From positions 96,001 to 160,000 of IMG/VR virus record IMGVR_UViG_3300031555_004524: a stretch of DNA of 64,000 bases; one strand, 5' to 3'. Positions 1 through 9,490 of this stretch are shown one piece after another. Below the pieces are notes generated by a model. It was given only the letters and a program-made list of their open reading frames with translations, did not search any database and was not told the origin of the DNA. The stretch is from a virus (Duplodnaviria; Caudoviricetes). The first letter of the stretch is position 1; every line of letters starts with the position of its first letter. The position numbers and the translations under genes were made by a program.

Positions 1-186
1 ATGAAGATAGTGATCATCTTCAACAATTAATATCGATTTACCATTATCTGCTAAGCCAATATCATAGAAGTTTCCATCATCAAAATGCACAAATGTTCCA
101 CATAATGGACCTTCCATTTTTAATTTACCAGAAGATAATTTAAAAACTTCCGTTCGTAATTCTCTCATAATTTTCATTTTTTCCAT
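1..186 (-). CDS. Hypothetical protein, partial (runs off the window start)
   Basis: AAGGAG RBS and ATG at 186; open frame MEKMKIMRELRTEVFKLSSG... to position 1. Confidence 0.65.
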   Translation of the reverse strand, partial: MEKMKIMRELRTEVFKLSSGKLKMEGPLCGTFVHFDDGNFYDIGLADNGKSILIVEDDHYLH

Positions 187-241
187 AATATATTTCTCCT
201 TTTCGCAATATATAATATAAGTTTTAAAAATAAATTTTAAG

Positions 242-505
242 TTATTTAGATATCATACCCAAACTAGCTAATAAAAATATTATAAGTATGGTTGCAATTT
301 CAATATACTTATCAATTTTAATCCATTTGTGATAATTATAAGTATTATACATTCCATAATATTTTCTCATAAATAATAAAACTAATGTGCAGGCTGATAT
401 CAATCCTATGATAATAAATAAAATAATTGAAATCATATTTTCATAAATAATTTCTTCCTTTCTCTCAAATAGTTTATTATATTCACTATAATAATATATT
501 ACCAA
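242..505 (-). CDS. Small membrane protein (2 TM); true start probably downstream of the listed one
   Basis: Two hydrophobic stretches; early promoter motif at 484-499 and AAGGAAG RBS inside the 5' end of the ORF. Confidence 0.6.
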   Translation of the reverse strand: MVIYYYSEYNKLFERKEEIIYENMISIILFIIIGLISACTLVLLFMRKYYGMYNTYNYHKWIKIDKYIEIATILIIFLLASLGMISK

Positions 506-570
506 TTTAATATAATTTTACAAAAAAAGAAAGATATCGAGTATTCCTATATCTTTCTTATTATGCAATA

Positions 571-1635
571 TCATGAAGTTTTGACTTTATATGTTTTTGG
601 GGCTGGATCTTTGATAAGTCTAGCTGGACCTTTCTTGTATGGATTAATGTATACAGTTTTTCCGTTTTTATAATGACGCATATGTCCAGATACACCCCAC
701 ACATCTATTCGTCTAAACATAATAACACCTTTATTTATTCGTATTTTGGAATTCTTCCCTTTTCTGATTTTAATAGCATCAATTATCACTTCTTTCCGTC
801 TACGCGATTCATTAGGATCTATACATTGTATTACTTCCATTTTATTATTTGGATCAGCATTATAAGATTTATATTTCAATCTCTGTTCCTCTAATAATAT
901 ATTTGTCGTAATTGTACCTCTTATTACTAATTCATAAATATATTCAACAATATTACAATCCTTATCGATACCTATACCACTACCGAGATTGTAACATTTG
1001 TTCTTTAATATACTAAATTCACTATTTTGATATTCATAAACCTTTTTATATAGTTCATATTCGGTATCAGTTAATATAGATTTTACATCACATGATGAAT
1101 TGAACCTATCAAAACCAGTTCTAGGACGCGACATTTCTATCTCAATATGATCATGATAATATTTATGCTGTATTATAAAATCTATAAGCTTAATAAACGT
1201 AGATGTATTTGAAATTAATTTATATGCATCAATTCTCAAAGTTAATATATGATTATTAATATCCAATCTTAATATTCTAAAATATGCATAAATGCTACCA
1301 GTTTTATCATATCCTTTAATAACACCCTTATTTATAAATGGTATATGATATTTAAAACTACTTATAGTGTCTATATTATGTATATATGCCATCTTAATAA
1401 GCTTAAACATTTCTTCACGATTAGCACCAATTTCAATGCGATCAATATCTTCTATTTCTTTAAAAGACATAAATTTTCCAGTAGATATTAACTCATTACA
1501 TAATTTGCTATATATCTCATTAATATCATCTGAAATTTTATCTTCATTAATATCTTTTTCAGACTTTATATCATCATCTACTGATGATTCTTCTTTGGCT
1601 AATTTTATTCGATTCATAATATTATATGTAACCAT
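571..1635 (-). CDS. Hypothetical phage protein with basic C-terminal VSGHMRHY...YKKG motif
   Basis: 354-aa ORF bounded by hairpins; C-terminal motif resembles the V.GH.R motif of many phage proteins. Confidence 0.7.
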   Translation of the reverse strand: MVTYNIMNRIKLAKEESSVDDDIKSEKDINEDKISDDINEIYSKLCNELISTGKFMSFKEIEDIDRIEIGANREEMFKLIKMAYIHNIDTISSFKYHIPFINKGVIKGYDKTGSIYAYFRILRLDINNHILTLRIDAYKLISNTSTFIKLIDFIIQHKYYHDHIEIEMSRPRTGFDRFNSSCDVKSILTDTEYELYKKVYEYQNSEFSILKNKCYNLGSGIGIDKDCNIVEYIYELVIRGTITTNILLEEQRLKYKSYNADPNNKMEVIQCIDPNESRRRKEVIIDAIKIRKGKNSKIRINKGVIMFRRIDVWGVSGHMRHYKNGKTVYINPYKKGPARLIKDPAPKTYKVKTS

Positions 1636-1703
1636 ACTACCCCTTTATAAATTATAAAAATAAGAGTATAGGAGAATATCCTATACTCTCATATTATTAA
1701 TTT

Positions 1704-2981
1704 TTATTCTACTACAGATTTATTTTCATCTTCAATATTCTTTAAGATAATACTCTGAAGTTTGGACTGATTAATTGGCACATTCTTTAAATCTACATCT
1801 GTAGATGGGTCATCTATGATAGACTGAAGAATCTGTTTAATTTTCTTATCTTCAAATCCGAATGATGCACACATATCATAAGCTCTCTGATAATAGATTC
1901 CCTTAACAGATACAGAACAGTCAAATCTACCTTCTCTGAGAAGTGCATCGTCTAGTCTATCTGGATAGTTTGTTGTAGCTACAAAGATAACATTTGTTGG
2001 AGATGAATTTGAATCTAAGAACTGAAGAAGTTTATTTAATCTAGCTTTCTCTTCTTTACTCATTTCTTCACCATCATTACGATTACCAACAATACAGTCA
2101 ATATCTTCTAATACAATCACATATCTAAAATCATCTGCATTGATCGTATCTGTAAACTCTGCAGTTTTTAATGTATCAAATGTGGACATATCTACAACCA
2201 TCATATTGCAGCTGCAATATGTAGCTATTGCTGTAGCTAAAGAAGTTTTACCTGTTCCTGGTTCTCCTTTTAATAAGATACCTGTTTTATAAATAAGATC
2301 TCGTTCTTTATATATTTCTTCATGTGATAAGAACTTATCAATATGCTCCGTAACAGTTTCTACAACGCCTGGTTCTAAGAAAATTGTTTCCATTCTACGA
2401 GTATTCATTCTAGATGCTACTGATCTGAAATTTTCATGCGAATCTTTTTCACCACCGCTAATTTTATAACATGTAAGATCAGCATTTTTCATCTGCATAA
2501 TTTTCTCTAACTGTCTGTAATATTTGTATGCATGTTTACCACAGATATAGATATAATAATTTGAATAGCTATTATATTCCTGATACCCACCATTAGTATG
2601 ATTACTCTTCATAAGAACTTCTTTATCAGACATCATCTTAGCAATCTGATTTCCTGTTCTAACGATCATAAATGTCTGTTTGTCTAATCCAATATATAAC
2701 TCCTTATTTTCGAGATATTCTCTCTTATCTCTAACTGTAATATGTTTATTGTAGTTTTTATCATATTTCTTAATGAATTCTAATATAGCCATATGTTTAT
2801 AATCAGGTAATGGACCTGTAGTTAATTCTACGCCAAAATGCGATTTAGCTGCAATTATTGATTTATCAATAAGATTGTCGATAAATCTATCGATTATTTT
2901 AAATGATCTAGTTTGTACACCAGATCTTGCTGCATCATATCCTCTGTTTAAAAAATTCATTTTGTTAATTGTGTTATTCAT
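1704..2981 (-). CDS. AAA+ ATPase (BCS1-like)
   Basis: Walker A GEPGTGKT, Walker B IVLEDID, ATTNYPDRLDDALLREGRFD second region of homology. Confidence 0.92.
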   Translation of the reverse strand: MNNTINKMNFLNRGYDAARSGVQTRSFKIIDRFIDNLIDKSIIAAKSHFGVELTTGPLPDYKHMAILEFIKKYDKNYNKHITVRDKREYLENKELYIGLDKQTFMIVRTGNQIAKMMSDKEVLMKSNHTNGGYQEYNSYSNYYIYICGKHAYKYYRQLEKIMQMKNADLTCYKISGGEKDSHENFRSVASRMNTRRMETIFLEPGVVETVTEHIDKFLSHEEIYKERDLIYKTGILLKGEPGTGKTSLATAIATYCSCNMMVVDMSTFDTLKTAEFTDTINADDFRYVIVLEDIDCIVGNRNDGEEMSKEEKARLNKLLQFLDSNSSPTNVIFVATTNYPDRLDDALLREGRFDCSVSVKGIYYQRAYDMCASFGFEDKKIKQILQSIIDDPSTDVDLKNVPINQSKLQSIILKNIEDENKSVVE

Positions 2982-3068
2982 TTTTGTACTCTCCTTTTTT
3001 AATTATAGTATAATATATAGAGAAGAGAACTTATCACAGTCCTCTTCTCATTTTTATAATATATCATT

Positions 3069-4091
3069 CTAGTCTACTTTATAAAATAAAAATTCTGGTA
3101 TATTAAATCCTGCGGCTCCTGGATGTCCACCTCCACCAAAACTTTCAGCAATTTTATTAACCTGTATGTCTTGATTAGCTGTATATAATGAGTACTTAAA
3201 TTTATCGCCAGTAAATCTAAATACACATAATATATCATACTCATTTATTTTATCCCCAAATAATAAAGATGAGAATGTAGAACTATTACAAGCCAATACA
3301 GAATACTGTTCATATCCAGGAATAGTACATTCAAATGCACTTTTCAATTCTATTCTATTTCTTTTTTCATCAAATGGTTTAACAGTCATACCTGTTGAAA
3401 GAATTCTATCAAGCAATTCATATCCACGATCAGTAGCTGTTTCTGAATAAATATATCTAATAGCATTCTGTATAAAGTCTTTAGAATCATATGATAAATT
3501 TAAACCAGTATGGAATATTTTTGTATGTTCGAAATTATGCTTCCAACAATCATAATCATCAATATACTTTAATACGATAGGAGTATTATCATAATAACTA
3601 TCAATAATATCTGCCAAGTGCTCGCCTGTTTTTATAATATCACTATTTGGCTTATTGGTCATAAAATTTTCTAATATGTACCAATATGATAACATTGCTC
3701 CGCAATATTTAGTTGAAATTGCACCTTCAATATTTCTCATCCATCTATTTTCTAAAATTTGTATAGTATCTACAGAAGATGCATGATGGTCAATCCATAT
3801 TAATCTACATTTTATATTATCTATCAAATGTTTAAAAAATGCAATATTTTCAATAGCTTTATTAGATAAGGAATAGTCTACGAAAATAACAATATCATTT
3901 TCAGTTATATTGTTTAATATAGATATTTTATCTAGCTGCATTTCGTAATTTAATTCTACACAATTAATATTCAGCATGCCAGAATATTTATACATTCTTG
4001 CTACTGTTCCGAAGTAATATTTAAATATACTTCCTGCCATAATCCCATCATCGTCATCATGATGACAAATATAAATATTTTTATCAATCAT
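3069..4091 (-). CDS. DHH/DHHA1 family phosphoesterase
   Basis: HHDDDDG, FVDYS, WIDHH and GGGGHPGAAGF motifs. Confidence 0.93.
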   Translation of the reverse strand: MIDKNIYICHHDDDDGIMAGSIFKYYFGTVARMYKYSGMLNINCVELNYEMQLDKISILNNITENDIVIFVDYSLSNKAIENIAFFKHLIDNIKCRLIWIDHHASSVDTIQILENRWMRNIEGAISTKYCGAMLSYWYILENFMTNKPNSDIIKTGEHLADIIDSYYDNTPIVLKYIDDYDCWKHNFEHTKIFHTGLNLSYDSKDFIQNAIRYIYSETATDRGYELLDRILSTGMTVKPFDEKRNRIELKSAFECTIPGYEQYSVLACNSSTFSSLLFGDKINEYDILCVFRFTGDKFKYSLYTANQDIQVNKIAESFGGGGHPGAAGFNIPEFLFYKVD

Positions 4092-4109
4092 TTACGTTAT
4101 ATCCTCCAT

Positions 4110-4520
4110 TTATTTTATATTTATAGTTTGTGCAACTATATCAAACGCTATTATTAAATTAATATGATATTTTTTATTATTATATTTTTGCAATGCATTG
4201 GGAATCACCAATGCCCGCAATACTGCTTCAACTTTAATATTATCAGTATTAATAAATTTTTGTAACAGTTTACCATTATCATTATCGTCAATGCTTACTT
4301 TGATTTTATCATCAAAAATTTCCAATATAGTGCAACACGTATTTGTCGGGTCTATATAAAAATAATTTGACGGGTCTCTTTTTTCTTCAAAGAATTCACA
4401 CTTAAATTGCCCATCTTTTAATAATCTTTGTATTCTCTCTCTTTCAATAGCACGTCTATATGAATCAAGTGTATAGTTAGCTTCTATTGCATTTTCATGT
4501 CGTTGAATATAGCATTCCAT
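4110..4520 (-). CDS. Hypothetical protein
   Basis: 136-aa ORF with GGAGG RBS. Confidence 0.7.
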   Translation of the reverse strand: MECYIQRHENAIEANYTLDSYRRAIERERIQRLLKDGQFKCEFFEEKRDPSNYFYIDPTNTCCTILEIFDDKIKVSIDDNDNGKLLQKFINTDNIKVEAVLRALVIPNALQKYNNKKYHINLIIAFDIVAQTINIK

Positions 4521-4574
4521 GACTACCTCCTCTTATATTATGTATTATATAGAAGTAAGTGTACTAATAAATAT

Positions 4575-4979
4575 TTAAATAATATCCCACTCTTCAGAAC
4601 TATTCATATACTCTTCTAATAATTTATCGTTTTTATTTATTCTCATCGTATCATCTATATTATATACACGTTTTGAAATATATTCCAATGAGAGATATCG
4701 TCCTTCTTCAGTATTTCTCTCTAATGGTGTAACATGTTCTAATGTATATAATGATACAACATATGCATTATTATTAGAATTCAAATCACAATCTTTATCT
4801 AAATATATATTTTTTAACACTTTTAGCATTTCACTAAAACTATAATATATTGATTTGTACGAATCTAGATGTATATTAAATTTATCTAGAGATGAATCTT
4901 CTATAGTATTAACTTTTCTTGAAATTGATTCTATATTATCACTAAATATAGAAATACGCATATCATACAAAAATGGCAT
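4575..4979 (-). CDS. Hypothetical protein
   Basis: 134-aa ORF with GAGGTG RBS. Confidence 0.7.
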   Translation of the reverse strand: MPFLYDMRISIFSDNIESISRKVNTIEDSSLDKFNIHLDSYKSIYYSFSEMLKVLKNIYLDKDCDLNSNNNAYVVSLYTLEHVTPLERNTEEGRYLSLEYISKRVYNIDDTMRINKNDKLLEEYMNSSEEWDII

Positions 4980-5067
4980 TTATATCACCTCAAAAAATAT
5001 CTTTATTATATTATTAAAACAATAAAAAATAAATAGATGGTATGTATAAATTACCATCTATTTATTT

Positions 5068-5352
5068 TTAATATCTTTTCCTTTGCATTCCAATTTTTCT
5101 TTTATTTTTAGTTACATAAGCTAACGTTCTACTTTTTCTAGTTGATATTGTATATATACTATCAGATTCATATTCAATATTACCACTAATACTATATACA
5201 GATCCATCTGAAAAGAATATATCCATTATACTATCTATAACTAATGTAGCATTTATGGGATGACTAATTTTAGTTAGTTCTCCAATATCCAATTCTTCAT
5301 ATGATTTATATTCCAATGTATTGGGGTTATATCTATTATTATCATACATCAT
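5068..5352 (-). CDS. Hypothetical protein
   Basis: 94-aa ORF in tightly packed operon. Confidence 0.6.
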   Translation of the reverse strand: MMYDNNRYNPNTLEYKSYEELDIGELTKISHPINATLVIDSIMDIFFSDGSVYSISGNIEYESDSIYTISTRKSRTLAYVTKNKRKIGMQRKRY

Positions 5353-5355
5353 AAA

Positions 5356-5628
5356 TCACCACACTTCTGCTATATTAGGTTGTATAATTGTATTGTCCAA
5401 ATCATTTATATCTAATATTCTGGAAACATAAATCCATTTTGATTTGGAAATAGCAATTGCATTATTAACAGTTGGTAATCGTTTATCTTCTATCTCAGTA
5501 TATGCATATACAAAACTTCCTATCCTAGTTGTTACTGAATCTATTGGTAATGTGCATCCCGAACATAAACCAATAAGTCTATAAGTTGTGAATGCTTTTA
5601 TCGGTTTAGCCATAACTATCACCCCCAT
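5356..5628 (-). CDS. Hypothetical protein
   Basis: 90-aa ORF; GGGGTG RBS favours the MAKP start. Confidence 0.6.
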   Translation of the reverse strand: MGVIVMAKPIKAFTTYRLIGLCSGCTLPIDSVTTRIGSFVYAYTEIEDKRLPTVNNAIAISKSKWIYVSRILDINDLDNTIIQPNIAEVW

Positions 5629-5722
5629 AATCGTCTAGATAATTGACGTATTCTTGATACAATCTTTATATCATGTAAATATTTTGGTACTATCATACTA
5701 TTATAATATACCATAACGACGT

Positions 5723-5911
5723 TTAATGTATTATATATAGGTAACGACTCATGTGATCTAAGAGATTCAGAATACATAATATCAGATTATCATTTATTGA
5801 AGGGGATTGATGTTTATCTCTATACGATATATCCAATATAGATAAATTAGATTTACTATAAGCTTTTATATTTCTAGTAACTACAATATTCATGTTTTTT
5901 ATTACCTCCAT
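5723..5911 (-). CDS. Hypothetical protein
   Basis: 62-aa ORF; GGAGGT RBS favours the second Met. Confidence 0.5.
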   Translation of the reverse strand: MEVIKNMNIVVTRNIKAYSKSNLSILDISYRDKHQSPSINDNLILCILNLLDHMSRYLYIIH

Positions 5912-6223
5912 CTAATACATACTTTGTACTGATATATTTGGCATGTAATTGCGCATAGAACGATTAAATATACTTTTATCTTTAGACATTTGAACTAAAT
6001 TTCCTCTCTCTAATTGCTGATAATATGATTCGATTCCAATATCAGGATACACAAAATCTTCAAAATATGGTACATCGGATGCTCCAGTATATGATACATA
6101 TTCTATACTACATCCAATACCATAAATACATTTTGAAAAAGGTTCTGCATGGGTTCGTCGCACACTCCCGCTAAACGAATACACCCATTTGCTAGCCCTA
6201 TCGATAGTTGTAAATTTTTGCAT
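5912..6223 (-). CDS. Hypothetical protein
   Basis: 103-aa ORF with AAAGGA RBS. Confidence 0.6.
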   Translation of the reverse strand: MQKFTTIDRASKWVYSFSGSVRRTHAEPFSKCIYGIGCSIEYVSYTGASDVPYFEDFVYPDIGIESYYQQLERGNLVQMSKDKSIFNRSMRNYMPNISVQSMY

Positions 6224-6235
6224 ATTGTTTCCTTT

Positions 6236-6514
6236 CTATATAGTTATATTTACACATGATCTAACACGCACCATAAAGACAATATTTATTTCAGATACTG
6301 GTTCAGTATAATATTCTATATCAAAAACTGCATCTTCATCATCGTTAATATGAATATATTCATCCATATTAACATGCTTATACGTATATTTATTAATAGG
6401 TTTTTCCAAATTCATCGCAGATATAGGATAACTTTCTATACAATTCACACACATATCTTTTATAATAGATGACGACTCGCATATATTTTTACCATCATAA
6501 GTACCTATGTTCAT
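6236..6514 (-). CDS. Hypothetical protein
   Basis: 92-aa ORF with AGGAGG RBS. Confidence 0.65.
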   Translation of the reverse strand: MNIGTYDGKNICESSSIIKDMCVNCIESYPISAMNLEKPINKYTYKHVNMDEYIHINDDEDAVFDIEYYTEPVSEINIVFMVRVRSCVNITI

Positions 6515-6589
6515 TATTTATCCTCCTACAATTTCATATATTGAGTACAATAAATCCCATATGGAATTTCTTCCATATGGGCAATTTAT

Positions 6590-8971
6590 CTATTTTATTG
6601 TGCATTTTACTATCATATCGCCTTTTGTAGATAAAATCTTTGATCCAGACGAGATACTTGATCCTCTTGGAATGTCTGATACTGGAATTTCAAATTTGTT
6701 CATCTTTGTAACAATATTAAGAATATTCTTATCATTTACTCCAAATATAGTTTTAATCTTATCTGTTTTTCCTAATTTAATTACAGATGATCCAGCCTTA
6801 TATCTATTAGATCTTTGCAATCCAGATATATTAAATCTATTAGCTTTACCTGATTCTGTCAATACAATTATATCTGTAGCATCTGGTAATATTACACTGA
6901 TACCATCTATAGTTTGACCTTCTTGCAACGCCATTGCTGATACTCCTATTGTATTTCTTCTATACTTAGGAATATCTTTCATATTAATTCTTAATGCTCT
7001 TCTATCACTATATATAATCACATCAAGATTATCATTCAATCCTAATACTTCCTTTACAGTATCACCAGGATTTAATTTTGTATATATTATTCCTGATGGT
7101 GGCACTGTAATAAAATCATTAAGATCCATTTTCTTGATACAGTTATTTGATGTAACCACTATAATATAGTGAGGTGATACCAATTTAGAAAAATCTTTCA
7201 ATATAGGTTCGTACATAACAGCCGCTATTTCAGAAGTTAATCCTTTTAATAGCATTCTTATATCTGCACCTGTAGTGTTTCTCTCCGTTATTGGTATTCT
7301 ATGAACTGGCAATTTAAATACCTTTCCTTGAGCAGAGAATAATAAAATATTTTCAGTATTCTCTACATTTAATACAAACTTTGGAGAATCTCCTCTGTAT
7401 GCACCAACTGGTTCATTCTGAGGCAATTTCTTAATATAGTTATTTTCTGTAACTACTATTGTAAAATTACCCTGTGGAATTGCTGATGTATCATTCATAC
7501 TAATAAGTTTGCACATTCTAGGTTTTCCATATTTCTTTTTGATAACTTCTAATTCTTCAATAATATCTTTAAGAATTAATTCATCATGAATAATATGATC
7601 TTCATGATATTTAATAATTTCTAATAACTTTTCTATTCTAGCTTTATATCTATTAAGGTTAGCAATAGATAATCTCTTAACTTTCTGCTCTATAATAAAT
7701 TTAGCTTGAACGTCAGTTATCTTAGCATGCTTAACAATATACTCAATAATAACACTATCATCTAAAGTATTTTGTTTAGTAATCATGTTAATAATTTCAT
7801 GAATATAACCAGACTCCATAACCTTAACATAAGCATCTAATTTATGGAATTCAGTTTTAGCATCCTGTTGCTCTATACAATGCATTCTAAATTTAGTTTT
7901 CTTTCGCTCTTCAATAAAGAATTCTAAATATGATTTATATGACATTCTTACAACTTCTGTATCTACCAAAACTTCAAAGTTTACAGTATACGTAGATTGT
8001 AATTGTGTATTTCTATATAATACATCTCTAACAAAATTAGGATCAGATCCAGGTTTCAAATAAATAAGACATCTCATATTTGAACCTTTTGAGTCTTCTT
8101 CTAATTTCACTACTTGTGGAAGTTTACCTTCTTTAACCATTTCTAATATACTATATTTAACACCACCTTTTTCTGGTGATCCTTTATCATAGTATACTCG
8201 TTCTGGTGTGGATTTAACAACAAGTCTATGTTTTCCTTTAGCATATTCCTCTATATCTATTATAGCTCTTGCTACATATTTTCCAGAACCTTTATTACAA
8301 ATAGATTTCCAGTTCGTATCTACAATCTCACAAGACATGCAATGATCTGGAACTAATACTACTTGAGATTTTGGATTCTTAATTAAATTTATAGTTGCAT
8401 CAATAACTTCAGCTAAATTATGTTTTGGAATATCTGTTCTCATACCAATTCCAATACCCCATGAACCATTAATAAGTAACCATGGGACTGCTACTGGAAA
8501 ACAATCAGGTTCTTTGGATCTGTTATTAAAAGTTGAAGACCAATCCACAACTGCTTTTGTTTTTCTCATATCAGATATGATACAATCCAATGCAAATTCT
8601 GATAGCATTATTTCAGTATATCGCATATGTGCTGCACCAGCACCCTGCATATTACCCATATTACTTTCTGAATATATTAATGGCTCCTTATATGACCACC
8701 ATTGAGACATTGGGGTGATGGCATCTGCTACGGCATCCGATGAATGAGGATGAGATCTACCTATTACGTCACCTACAACTTCAGCTGTTTTAACAAGCAT
8801 ATCAGAACATGGTTTTTGATTAAACATTGTATCTAATATACGTCGGTTTACACGTTTTAATCCATCTCTCGCATCAGGTGTTGTTCGTTTTCTATTTGCT
8901 TCTATAGAATACAATATAATATTATTTTTATATTGATCTCCTGCATCTTTTTGAATAATTATTTCGGACAT
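6590..8971 (-). CDS. gyrA: Type IIA DNA topoisomerase subunit A (GyrA/ParC family)
   Basis: PDARDGLK, HPH, catalytic AHMRYTE, LLINGSWGIGIGMRTDIPKHN, C-terminal beta-pinwheel repeats. Confidence 0.95.
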   Translation of the reverse strand: MSEIIIQKDAGDQYKNNIILYSIEANRKRTTPDARDGLKRVNRRILDTMFNQKPCSDMLVKTAEVVGDVIGRSHPHSSDAVADAITPMSQWWSYKEPLIYSESNMGNMQGAGAAHMRYTEIMLSEFALDCIISDMRKTKAVVDWSSTFNNRSKEPDCFPVAVPWLLINGSWGIGIGMRTDIPKHNLAEVIDATINLIKNPKSQVVLVPDHCMSCEIVDTNWKSICNKGSGKYVARAIIDIEEYAKGKHRLVVKSTPERVYYDKGSPEKGGVKYSILEMVKEGKLPQVVKLEEDSKGSNMRCLIYLKPGSDPNFVRDVLYRNTQLQSTYTVNFEVLVDTEVVRMSYKSYLEFFIEERKKTKFRMHCIEQQDAKTEFHKLDAYVKVMESGYIHEIINMITKQNTLDDSVIIEYIVKHAKITDVQAKFIIEQKVKRLSIANLNRYKARIEKLLEIIKYHEDHIIHDELILKDIIEELEVIKKKYGKPRMCKLISMNDTSAIPQGNFTIVVTENNYIKKLPQNEPVGAYRGDSPKFVLNVENTENILLFSAQGKVFKLPVHRIPITERNTTGADIRMLLKGLTSEIAAVMYEPILKDFSKLVSPHYIIVVTSNNCIKKMDLNDFITVPPSGIIYTKLNPGDTVKEVLGLNDNLDVIIYSDRRALRINMKDIPKYRRNTIGVSAMALQEGQTIDGISVILPDATDIIVLTESGKANRFNISGLQRSNRYKAGSSVIKLGKTDKIKTIFGVNDKNILNIVTKMNKFEIPVSDIPRGSSISSGSKILSTKGDMIVKCTIK

Positions 8972-9040
8972 AAACTTTAGTTCCTCCTTATATAATCTTA
9001 ATATTAAGTTAAAAGGTAATTAATACGCTACCTTTTTTAT

Positions 9041-9057
9041 CATAAGTATAATATATA
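9041..9057 (-). promoter_or_regulatory. Representative early-type phage promoter TATATATTAT-N4-RTG (16 copies)
   Basis: + strand CAY-N4-ATAATAT at 484, 9041, 11303, 11891, 15400, 17310, 22840, 23129, 33675, 39351, 43584, 43969, 44141, 47211, 52780, 60070; all at 5' ends of minus-strand units. Confidence 0.85.
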
Positions 9058-9072
9058 ATCAAGGAAAAAAAT

Positions 9073-9104
9073 AAAATAGAGTAGAAATTAATCTACTCTA
9101 TTTT
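9073..9104 (-). terminator. Intrinsic terminator closing array 1
   Basis: AAAATAGAGTAGA-N6-TCTACTCTATTTT inverted repeat followed by a T-run on the minus strand. Confidence 0.8.
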
Positions 9105-9108
9105 ATTT

Positions 9109-9439
9109 TAATTCATTTTCCAAAAATAACTATATTATCACATATAATTCATTTGTTATGATTAACTATATTTATTTGGTTAATTCATTTGTCGGTTTTA
9201 ACTATATTTTTAGCTTTAATTTATTTCATGTCAATAACTATATTAACTGACGTGATTCATTTATTGCAGGTAACTATATCAAATCGCATAATTCATTTAT
9301 CTGAAGTAACTATATTGCATTGCATAATTCATTTATCTTAAATAACTATATTGTGTATCATAATTCATTTATCTGAAATACTATATCTTCACTGGTAATT
9401 CTTTCCCCATTCTAACTATATTAGCATATATAAATCAAA
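9109..9439 (-). repeat. TIGR-like dual-repeat guide array 1 (9 units, 36-nt period)
   Basis: + strand units TAATTCATT-N9-TAACTATAT-N9 start at 9109, 9145, 9181, 9217, 9253, 9289, 9325, 9361, 9396 (closing degenerate repeat at 9431); the 9-mers between repeats vary. Confidence 0.93.
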
Positions 9440-9452
9440 ATATATAAAATAA

Positions 9453-9475
9453 AGGATAAGATATTATCTTATCCT
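9453..9475 (-). terminator. Hairpin/terminator between the Tas-like gene and array 1
   Basis: AGGATAAGAT-ATT-ATCTTATCCT followed by TTATTTT on the minus strand. Confidence 0.65.
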
Positions 9476-9490
9476 CTATAATATTATTAT

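Noticed and set aside
8423-8434. Self-targeting: 12-nt match of a predicted guide target (TTTTGGAATATC) in gyrA; similar 10-11-nt matches near 6289 and 52744
   Set aside because: Partial matches of this length are expected by chance in very AT-rich DNA; no full 18-mer was seen, though a by-eye search is not exhaustive
9109-9439. CRISPR array
   Set aside because: Repeats are two alternating 9-mers with 9-nt spacers, not 23-47-nt repeats with ~30-nt spacers, and no cas genes are visible
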